DNA of 64,000 bases. Origin: Octopus vulgaris (Eukaryota). Each line of letters starts with the position of its first letter. The stretch's first letter is position 1. Below, piece after piece: positions 26,724-37,458 of this stretch. The stretch spans positions 53,568,001 to 53,632,000 of the forward strand of contig OX597817.1 in assembly GCA_951406725.2 (NCBI GenBank), given 5' to 3'. The position numbers and the translations under genes were made by a program. The notes beneath the pieces are model-generated. The model saw only the letters and a list, made by a program, of their open reading frames with translations. It was not told the DNA's origin and did not search any database.

Positions 26724-28285
26724 GTACAGTAACTAATAACTTCAGAAAAAAGCTGCTGTGGTATACTCCAGTTATTTCACCAATTGGTTTATCATAGCAT
26801 GCCATACTGTGTGTTGTCGTCGTCTTAGTAGTAGCGACTCACCTTGGTAGTATTACCTCACCTCTCACCAATCATAATTAATCATCACACATTTTTTTTT
26901 TGTGTGTGTGTGCGTTTAATGTCTGTCTTCTTAGTTTTAGAACTTACCATAGTTTGTTTATTTTGATGTTGTGTATAAATTCTAGAATTAATCTTTTCTT
27001 TCAGTTTCACTCAGAATTAAAACAAATTCTTAAAAAAAATTTGTTTTTCATTTTAATCCCATTCAGCGATTTTAACTGCTGGACAATTTCAACGCTTGGC
27101 TTGAAATTATTTACACAACCCCCACCTCCCCCAATTAAAAGCCATTCTAATATTTATGGTGTGGAATCTTGTGATTTTTATTTGTAGTACTTAGAAATGT
27201 AACCTCCTTGTAATTTGTCTTTCTTTTCCACTTCACTGCATCTCTTTTGTGTCTGTTTTAATTTTGTTGCCTTATTTTTTCCAAGAAAACAATGTTTTGT
27301 GTTTTAATTTAATTGTAAAATAAAACTGACTTTTTTTTTGTTTTTTTTGTCTGTGTGTTTCTAAGTTTATCATGTTTTATTTTCTGTTATGTAATCTTTC
27401 ATCTCTTTAATATTTGTCTATTGTGTGTGTGTGTGTGTATAAATATATATACTTCCATATGTGTGTGATGGCTATATTGAACACCGTGTTACAGCAAGAT
27501 TAACCAAGAATACCTGGATTGGTATTGTCTTCAGCAAAGGTTGTATCCGAAAGGGCATCCAGCTGTAGAATATTACTATCTAAAGAAGTCTCATCCAACA
27601 CATGCCAGCATGGAAAATACAGAAGGGAAAAAAAAATGGATTGATTGATGGGGCTTAACTATTTTTTTTTTAGTTGAATGAATTGACCCCAGTACTTTTC
27701 GGTCTCTTATACTGAACTGTTAAGTTACGGGGATTTAAATACACCAACACTGGATGTCAAGCGATGATGGGAGGACAAACTGACACACACGCAGACTCAC
27801 ACACACGCGCGTGTGCATGATAGGTTTCTTTCAGTTTCCATCTTAGAAATCCACTCACCAGGCTTTGGTCAGCCCAAGGTACCCTACAGTAAGATTGAAC
27901 CTAGAACCATGTAGTTGGGAAGCATGAGGTCTTACCACACAACCACACCTGCACCTGGAAGTTCTGTTTAAAAATCTGGGTGTTTCAGCTGGGTTTCACC
28001 TGCAAAATGCCAAAACTATGTTATCAATCTATCAGCTACAAAAGTTTAGTTACCGTTTCTCTCAACTAACTACTGCAATCTGGTTATTAAAGTTAATCAC
28101 CAATGTGCCCTTTCTAAAAACTATAGTCATTAGCTAACCCCTGTAATTACTAATACCATTTATGCTTTTTTAATCTGTCTGCACTACTTCAGTTAAGGGT
28201 TGTTCCCTGTAAACTGTGTTGGGCAATAGTTAACTCTATACTAGAAATCCTTGTCCTCTTTGCTAACTACTCTAATTTAGTCATT

Positions 28286-28680
28286 GAGCTGGCAGAAACG
28301 TTAGCACGCCAGGTGAAATGCTTAGCGGTATTTTGTCTGTCTTCACGTTCTGAGTTCAAATTCCGCCTAGGTCGACTTTGCCTTTCATCCTTTTGGGGTC
28401 GATAAATTAAGTACCAGTTATGCACTGGGGTCGATATAATCGACTTAATCCGTTTGTCTGTCCTTGTTTGTCCTCTCTGTGTTTAGCGCCTTCTGGGTAG
28501 TAAAGAAATAGGTATTTCTTCTGTCTTTACATTCGGAGTTCAAATTCCACCGAGGTTGACTTTGCCTTTCATCCTTTTGGGGTCAATAAATTAAGTACCA
28601 GTTGCATACTGATGTCAATCTAATCGACTGCCCCACCTCCCCCAAAATTTTGGGCCTTGTGCCTAGAGTAGAAAAGGATT
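28286..28680 (+). mobile_element. Dimeric family-A SINE
   Basis: Full monomer followed by a second partial monomer that repeats the central domain. Confidence 0.8.
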
Positions 28681-29259
28681 TTAGTTAGCTATTAATTATT
28701 AACTCTACCACCCAGTGTGTAGATTAACTACGGTAGTTAACCAGTTCCCTTGTTATGACAAACCAGACCATGCTGGAGCAGTGTTTGAGCATATATACAT
28801 GTGTGTGTGTGTGTAGCTTAGCAGTTCTATATTTCTCCTCCCCCATCCTCATAAGAATGATGATGCTCTGCTTCCCCCCTCCTCCAACCAAGCCTTTTCA
28901 AGTTCTAATCTATTTTTACCATATCTCTCCAAAGACTCCACTTTGCGCGTGCATGTGTAACTCTCTAACAATTACTATCAGTGCCCCCCCCCCCGTTCAC
29001 ATTTAAATCTTATTCCTCACTCACAGGCCCCCCACCTCTTCCACCCTCCCCAGTTTTTTTACACTTTTCTTCCTGTTTTTATTTTAAATCTATTTTTATT
29101 TCTCTTGTATTTATATTTCTAAATACATTTCTATATTTTTCCCCCCCTTTTTCTCTGTCTAGATCTTTGGGTGTGTGCTAGTGTAGGGGGTAGGGATGTT
29201 GCCTGTGTGCATGTTTGTATGTCTGTCTCGGCGTCCCTCTCTTTCATTGCTACTGCAAA

Positions 29260-29590
29260 ATGTACACACACACACACACACACACGTGTGTGTATACACA
29301 TGCACACACATGTACACACACGTGCACACATTCAAGCATATATCTATATATGCATATACATATGTATATATGCATGTGTATATGTGTGCATATATGCATG
29401 TAAATGTGTGCCTATATGCATGTAAATATGTGTGAATATATGCATGTAAATGTGCGTATATTTGCATGTATATATGTGTATATATGCATATATATGTGTG
29501 TGTGCATGTGTGTGTGTATGTATATATATAGATAGATGCATATATTTATATAATAAATATGTATATGCATGCACACACATGCACACCCTT
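29260..29590. repeat. Alternating purine-pyrimidine compound microsatellite (CA/TG/TA/TGCA)
   Basis: About 330 bp of near-continuous RY alternation; source of many spurious ORFs. Confidence 0.9.
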
Positions 29591-29748
29591 ATATATTAGC
29601 ATCTATATTGCCTTTGTCAAATATTGCAGGGTAAATCTGAAACTTGCATCCATTTCTCTGAGACTATTTCTGTCTCCATCTTCTCTTCTCTACGCAAACA
29701 CTTCTCCCCTCCCCCCATACACCTCCTTTTATATTCATTGTGTGTGTT

Positions 29749-29784
<36 letters not shown>

Positions 29785-29901
29785 TCACTCTGATGATTAA
29801 CTTATGGTACAGTCTAGAGACACACTTTTGTCTCTCTGTGCTCCCCCCACTGCAACATACATTTTACATGTGCCCACACACAGACACATACATGTGCGTG
29901 C

Positions 29902-29939
<38 letters not shown>

Positions 29940-30082
29940 CTGTACATACACAGGACTATGTTTTTATATCATTTCTCTCCTAACCTGTCTTATTGCCATT
30001 CACTATCCCGCCTCCTCTTCCTCTCTTCTTCCCACCCTGATTCCACCCCTATGTATTATCAGCTACCTTACTAGGATGCTAT

Positions 30083-30126
<44 letters not shown>

Positions 30127-30662
30127 GTGTGCTTTTTGTGAATTGTCTTATTTTTAAAGATCTTTTTTTCTTATTTGAAACTGCGATTTCAATCTAACCT
30201 GCTTTTATTTTTCATTTTGTTTCTAGTTGAAGATGACTGATACCCCACCCCGCTGCCAAAATGACCCCCGCCTCTCCCTATTATGAAATATAACAGTTTT
30301 TCTAATATGTGTGTGTGCGCGCGTTGTGTTAGTCACAGAAATGGATTTTGGTTGCAAATCTTACTAAAAGCTACTAAAGTCTTTACTAAAGTGTTATGGA
30401 ATTCAAATATATACTCTGTGTGTGTGTGTATGTGTGTGAGGTTGTTAATATATATGTATTCACATGCACTCACATGTCTGTGTATGTATGTGTGCTGTAT
30501 GTATTTTGTATATTATACATGCACACACAGAAAGCCACTTATTGTGATCATTTTTTTGGATGGAGCCTTTTAGATAACAATAACTGCTTGATAACATTGT
30601 TCAGGGTTACAATAAGTGGATTCCTCCTCCTTTCTCTCTCTCTCTCTCTCTCTCTCTGTATG

Positions 30663-30708
<46 letters not shown>

Positions 30709-31099
30709 TCTATTTTTATTCTTTATGTTTATTGTTTTTAACTTTTGTTATTTTTGAACTGAGAATGTTTCCCGCTCTTTTCAGTTTCCACACTTCTCTT
30801 TCATTCACAAGCACATATGTACCATACACACAAACACACTATGCAACCACTCACTTTGAGGCCCACATACAACAGACACTGTGGCCATTCCATTTCACTG
30901 TTTCTCATTAACTAAAGATTATAACTCCACCTGCTAATTCTTATAGAATCTATTTGCGAGGGCAAAGGGCAAACTATGTCTTGAGATTTAAAATTAACTA
31001 ATTATTAGCTTGATGATGTATAATCATTAGTATATCAGTAGTATGGAACTGGTGATTATATCAGTGGTAAATTTGTTGTAAATAATATTACTAGGTAAT

Positions 31100-31632
31100 A
31101 CGGTTCTATATTTAAGAGATGAGGAATTATGTACATTATTTACTTTGGAAGGATATTTGTCCTCTTCTTGCTTGTTGTTAACATGTTTCGGCTGATATAC
31201 CCTCCAGCCTTCATCAGGTTGTCTTGGGGAAATTTCGCACCTGGGTTCTCATTCCTAAGGTATCTTTTGATGTTGTTGTTGTTGTTATAATTATTATTAT
31301 TATTATTATCATTATTATCATTATTATTATTATTCAGGTCACTGCCTGGAATCAAACTCGGAATCATGGGACTCTTAACCACTACGCCATATGCCTGTAG
31401 TGGCATTGTGGTTAAGAGTGCGCACTACCAACCCATTGATTCCGAGTTTGATTCCAGGCAGTGACCTAAATAATAATAATAATAATATTATAAAATATCT
31501 TAGTTATGAGAACCCAGGTTGGAAATTTCCCCCAAGACCCCTGATGAAGGCTGGAGGGTATATCAGCCTAAACATTGTGTTAACAACAAACAAGATGAGG
31601 ACAAATATCTGTCAAATGTAAATAATGTAAAT
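31100..31632. mobile_element. Head-to-head pair of tRNA-headed elements, each with a hammerhead-like core
   Basis: Minus copy 31100-31395 (box A TGGCGTAGTGG), plus copy 31398-31632 (box A tggcattgtgg, box B gagtttgattcc); internal (AAT)n; CTGATGA...GAAAC motif. Confidence 0.75.
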
Positions 31633-32520
31633 ATTAATAGGTTCCAGATTCTTGAATTGTTTTTCTTTTCTCATATCTAGATTTGGCCATTGAGTTCTTG
31701 AATAAAATCGGGGGGGGGGGATTTATACATATGTGATCACATGACTGACCAAACTTTCAGATGTTGTCACACATTACTTGTCACAGTGTGCTTTGCATTG
31801 TTTTCACCTTCAAATGACACCATCTTTCTGGCTAGGCAAGCTGGCCAACATGCTCCACTAATCAAAATGGGGGCTGTAGGAACACCAAGAAATGAAGTGT
31901 GTTGTTCCTAGAACGCAGCACTGCCTGGCCTGGGAACTGAACCCTCAATCTAGCAACCATGAATACAACAGCCTAACCACTAGGCCATGCACCTTCACAT
32001 ACATACATACATACATACATACATATTTATGTATTAATTAAATATATATATATAAATCCCTTTTTAAAGTTCTCTCTACAGATTTTCTATAGAAATTAGA
32101 GCCAGTACTGAAAGTTACAATATTTCATATACAAATATGTCTATGTAAACAATGCGACCAAGGATAGTAAAATAGGCAAAGAGTGTACATGCATATTTCA
32201 AGTGTTATTGCTCTTTCTTCAGTGCCACATCCAGCCCATTAACTATTTGCAAACACATTGCTTAACTAACCACTAAATTTAGCAGTCTAACACATTTTAC
32301 ATATTAAGCACATTCCTAGCAACTGGTATATACATATTAATTGCTGATAGTGACACCACATGTACTAGCAGCAATTAATATATAAATAAATGTTTGTGTG
32401 TATGCCTACACACATATAAAGACCCAGAGACCCTTTTATATGTAGTGTACTATATGAATTTAATTGTGTTTCACAAATTTGCATTTTGTTGCTTAACAAA
32501 CTCTTTTTTAAAACTTGCAG

Positions 32521-32688
32521 CAACAGAAAATACGGCTTAGGAACACGTGCTGTGAAAGATGAGAAGAAGACCACAATCACTACAACCTCATCAACTAGTC
32601 AATACCGAAGAATTGGATCTGCAGAACCAAGCAAAATCAAAAAACAGACCTCGGACTCGGCATCAGCTTCGAATCATCTTCAGAAAAA
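32521..32688 (+). CDS. LRCH: Internal coding exon (NRKYGLGTRAVKDEKK...SNHLQK)
   Basis: ttgcAG acceptor, donor AA|gtaaat, 168 nt, phase 2-2, open frame consistent with neighbours. Confidence 0.8.
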
Positions 32689-33199
32689 GTAAATACGTTG
32701 GCAGCATATTTAGAAATGGTGGAGATGTGTGAGGTGAAGGGACGGTGTAGGATGTAAATGAATAGTGTTTGGTGACGATGACATGGGATACACACAATCA
32801 CCACCATCACCATCATAATGTGTGTGTGTGTGCCATCATCATCATCCAGTGTTTTAAATCTGGATTTTGTCCCTGTTAATGGGGGTGGTCGGATCTACTT
32901 CAATGCCATAGCAGCTGAGGTAGCCTACCCCAACCTTTGAGCTAGCTGGTGCCCATTCTCCTTTGCTATCATGAGGCTTTTTTGGAGCTGGATTTTCTAC
33001 AGGGAGCATGCCCTTGCTTATGCCAGACCCCAGTTTCTAGACATGAGTGGTCCTGAGACCAAGGCCTCTACCATGATTTTTAAGAAATGTGGTGGAAAAC
33101 TAGCTCAGGGAGGAAGTGACGTTACTCCCTGAAACCCCTTTTGGAGTACCCCCACCTATATACGTATGTATGTGTGTATATATATATATATATTATTTA

Positions 33200-33352
33200 T
33201 TTATTCTTAAACCAGAATATTGTTGACAGTGACTTTGAAGTTTCAGCCAGCTAAGTAATTGTCAGAATGGTGCCAGTTCATTGTCATTGATGGCTTAACT
33301 AGGGGCTGAAACCTTGAAATCACTGTCAACAAAATTCTTGTTTAAGAATAAA
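33200..33352. repeat. Hairpin / MITE-like inverted repeat with ~50-bp arms
   Basis: ttattcttaaaccagaatattgttgacagtga...tcactgtcaacaaaattcttgtttaagaataa. Confidence 0.8.
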
Positions 33353-33376
33353 CTTGTACTATACAAAAGGACAGAG

Positions 33377-33541
33377 CAGTGGTTCCCAGTGTTTTCACTA
33401 CCAAGGACCCCTTTTATTTAAATGGGTTTTCCCTTGGACCTCAAGATATCGAAAGGTCTGTCAGCTGAATATGCTGACGGACCCCCAGTACTATCTTTAC
33501 AGAGAACCAGGAGTCTGCAGACTACAGGTTGGAAACCACTG
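33377..33541. mobile_element. hAT (Charlie-like) MITE
   Basis: TIRs CAGTGGTTCCCA / TGGAAACCACTG; the 8-bp flanks match only partly. Confidence 0.6.
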
Positions 33542-34188
33542 ATAAAGAGTAACCCCTCAGATTAATGTAAAAGTATTTTTTATTATAACTCAACATAAAA
33601 ACAAGCCTCATCATCATCATTCAATGTCTGCTTGCTAATCTCTCATGGGCTGGATGGTTTGACATGGAGCTGGTTAGCAGGGAGCTGTCCAGACTCCAAC
33701 TGTGTGTTGTGGCATGGTTCTACGACTGGATGCCCTTCCTAACTCCATATATATGTGTTTGTTTGTGTGTGTGTGTATGTATATATATATATACTTATTA
33801 CATAACGACACACATTCACACATATCTCCAAATTATCACCAATACTTCCTGCTTCATCCCCTCTCTTCACATAGGAACTCACTTTCATGTTCCACAAATC
33901 CCCGAAGGTGTCTTGGCATCGGAGACACTGTGCCACTTTATTAATGGCAAACCTGAATTCTGCAAAGAAAAATTTAAATGAATAACAAAGAAAAGATACA
34001 ACTTTCTGTCTGTCTGTCTCTCTCTCTCTGTCTCTCAATCTCTCTCTCTCTCTCTTATCCTTTTGATGTGGTGTAGGTTTGTGTGTTGAAGTACATATGG
34101 AATGTATTTTTACTTTCCAAATGTTTTGTTTTATATTGGAGTTTGTGTGTGTTGTATATGGCTTGAAGTGGTGTACAGTTTTTATGTA

Positions 34189-34382
34189 TTAAGAAAAAGG
34201 TGGCAGAATTTTAAGTAATCATTTATTTAATACTTTCATCTCATTTGAGATTCATTAGGATTGATTTTTTTTTTCTTTTAAAGAAAATTCATGTATTTTA
34301 TGTATATGTGAGTTAGTTGCAAAAATCTGGAGTTGAAGTGGGAAGAGAATGTTCTTTGTTAGTTTGAATCTCAATGTGTGTG

Positions 34383-34426
<44 letters not shown>

Positions 34427-34617
34427 TCTATATATGTATGTGTATGGTGAGTTTTTCGAGGCTTGATTAGAGTGAGGAAAAATGGATTTTTGCAATTAAC
34501 TCATGTAAAAAGCATAAATTTTCTTTAAAAAAGATCATTCCTCATGAATCTCCGAAACAAGATGCAGGCATCAACTAAAATAATCATCCAAAATTCTGAT
34601 TACCACCTTTTTCTTAA
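34189..34617. repeat. Large degenerate inverted repeat around (TA)n
   Basis: ttaagaaaaaggtgg / ccacctttttcttaa at the ends; gagttagttgcaaaaatc / gatttttgcaattaactc inside. Confidence 0.7.
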
Positions 34618-34859
34618 GATATCTATCTTATATGTGTTCAATGGAAGAAGTAATCAAAACAATAGAACAGTATTCCACTCAATACTCTGCAGTATTAAAT
34701 TATTTCATCCTTAGTTCTTTCTCAGGTCAGCATTGTATTTCATCCTGCTCTTGGTCATTAAACTAATTACTAATTATGCAGATACATTGGTCCAATTTTT
34801 GTCAGATTCTGTGAAACTATCCAGCCTATTCTAGAATGGCAGTCAGACACTAAAAGGTG

Positions 34860-34907
<48 letters not shown>

Positions 34908-35271
34908 ATCATATAGTGTGTTCTGCATCTCTTCCTCTCATTACTTTAGAAAAGTTTTTTGTGTTTAATTATGAAATCGTTACATAATTAGATAATCGCT
35001 TAAGTAATTTTATACCAAGTAATATTAGATGAGCTGTTATCTCTGTTGGCAACACAGACCGATGAAATCTTCTCTATGTGGTTGCATGACATGCTAAAAA
35101 CAATAGCCAAATCTTGTTGTCACATTCAAGCATCTTGAAATACTTGATTGCATAGTATTTGAAATTTTGTCTGACACAAAGGTGAGATAGTCATGGCCGG
35201 AACACCTTTGTTCATAGGTTCTCTTGAGCAGGGTTCCGCTGGAGTGAACAGATATATTATAGGCATTTTAA

Positions 35272-35474
35272 CCCATTCACATTATTCTGTCAGAAATAAT
35301 ATTTATTCATTCACTTTTTGAATTAATCATGCATTATCTTGCGGCTTTGAGATTTTGATGAAGTGACTAATAAATTTTAGAATGATATTGTAGGGTTGGT
35401 GTGAGATGTCAAATCTGGATAGTGTGACCATAAAGCAGGTGAAGACTATTTTGGCCAGTTTAAATGCTAAAGGG
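35272..35474. mobile_element. piggyBac-like MITE, second family
   Basis: TTAA-CCC...tttaaatgctaaaGGG-tgaa; reverse partial copy at about 14724-14840. Confidence 0.55.
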
Positions 35475-35987
35475 TGAATTATTTCATAAAATATATGTGT
35501 ACTTGTCTGCCCACCTGACCAGTGAAAACCTAAAACAGTGTGAAGTGCATTGTGGCAAGTGGTGTATAACGTCTGAATGTCTGGTTGATACCATGATGTA
35601 TGTGTGTGCATGCGTGCATGTGTATATGCTTGTGTATGTGTGTCTAGTAGGTATACAAGACAACCAAAGAGTTTGTACATAATCTTTTGATCTTGTAGGG
35701 ATAGTAACCGTACCATCTTAAAAAAAGGGGACACATTGGTTATGTAAAAAAAAGCAGGAAAAAAAAAAAGGAAAATAGTATGGTTATCCAGAACATGTTT
35801 AAAGCCAGTTGAAATCTGATCCAGTAAACCTATGATCAAACAACAACAACAATATATACCATTCTTTTCCCAATCAGAAGAATTATACCACATGATGTAT
35901 GTTGATAGGAGTGTGATAGTGACATGCTCATCTAACCCCTGCTAGCATGGGAAAATGAATGTGAATCTAACAAATGAGTATGTAAAG

Positions 35988-36242
35988 ATCATCATCATCA
36001 TTGTTTAACGTCTGCTTTCCATGCTAGCATGGATTGGATGATTTGACTGAGGACCGGAGAACCAGACGGCCGCACCAGGCTCCAATCTGATCTGGCAATG
36101 TTTCTACGGCTGGATGCCCTTCCTAACGCCAACCAATCTGAGAGTGTAGTGGGTGCTTTTTACGTGCCACCTGCACAGGAGCCAGTCCAGCGGCACTGGC
36201 AATGACCTCGCTCAAATGTTTTTTCATGTGCCAGTAAGGCGG

Positions 36243-36297
<55 letters not shown>

Positions 36298-36465
36298 AAA
36301 CGTGTGTGTGTGTTTTGTTGGTGTTAGGAAGGGCATCCAGCCATAAAAACCATGCCAAAACAGACACAGAAGCATGGTGCAAGCTCCAGCCTGACCAGCT
36401 CCTGTCAAACCATCCAACCCATGCTAGCATGGAAGGAGCACATTTAAACAATGACAATGATGATT
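35988..36465. mobile_element. Two RTE-family tails in inverted orientation flanking (TA)n
   Basis: Minus copy 35988-36240, plus copy about 36318-36465. Confidence 0.7.
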
Positions 36466-36634
36466 GATATAGGGATTGTTTGAAGTGGTGTACAGATGAA
36501 GAAAAAGGAAGTAGAATTTTGGATAATTATGAATAATTCTCCAGAATTCTGACTTCCTCATTTTTCTTAACACACTTACATGTATTTAAATTTGACACAG
36601 GAAGTCAGTTATGTGAATGGTATTGTATTTGCAA

Positions 36635-37050
36635 GGCGGCAAGCTGGCAGAAAAGTTAACGTGCCAGGCGAAATGCTTACCGGTATTTCATCTGCCGTTA
36701 CGTTCTGAGTTCAAATTCCGCCGAGGTCGACTTTGCCTTTTGTCCTTTCGGGGTTGATAAATTAAGTACCAGTTACGCACTGGGGTCGATATAATTGACT
36801 TAATCCATTTGTCTGTCCTTGTTTGTCCTCTCTGTGTTTAGTCCCTTGTGGGTAGTAAAGAAATAGATATTTCGTCCGCCTTTACGTTCTGAGTTCAAAT
36901 TCTGCCGAGGTCAACTTTGCCTTTCATCCTTTTGGGGTCGATTAAATAAGTACCAGTAATGCAATGGGGTCGATATAATCGACTTAATCCGTTTATCTGT
37001 CCTTGTTTGTCCTCTCTGTGTTTAGCCCCTTGTGAGTAGTAAAGAAATAG
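36635..37050 (+). mobile_element. Dimeric family-A SINE with TSD
   Basis: ggtattgtatttg(c/t)aag at 36619-36635 and 37050-37066; ends about 100 nt upstream of the 37152 exon. Confidence 0.85.
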
Positions 37051-37151
37051 GTATTGTATTTGTAAGTAGAGTTGTGTACTCTAGGTTTAAATGTGACTAC
37101 ATCTGTGTGCGTACAAATCCTTAAAGAAATCTATTATGTTCCTTTCTCCAG

Positions 37152-37458
37152 TGGTGTTCCTGATGAAAATATGAACCCGTCTCCTGCTTCATCAAACGCC
37201 CCCAGTCGCAGTTCTTCAACCAGCTCCATACACAGCAGCACCAATGACAAAACAGTTAGCAAAACTCTGTCCGGCAGCCGTCTACGGTTAGACAAGAGCG
37301 CAACCTCTACGCCTTCAGCTTCTTCAAATGTAGTCCGCCGTACGAAACCAGGAGAGAAGTCTGGCAGCAGCCAGGTGTCGAGCACCAATTCCAAAATCGC
37401 TGTGACGACTTCAAGTCGGTTACATATGTCAGGAACCAAATCAAACCATGTAACGCCG
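37152..37458 (+). CDS. LRCH: Internal Ser/Thr-rich coding exon (GVPDENMNPSPASS...NHVTP)
   Basis: tttctccAG acceptor, donor CCG|gttagt, 307 nt, phase 2 to 0. Confidence 0.85.
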
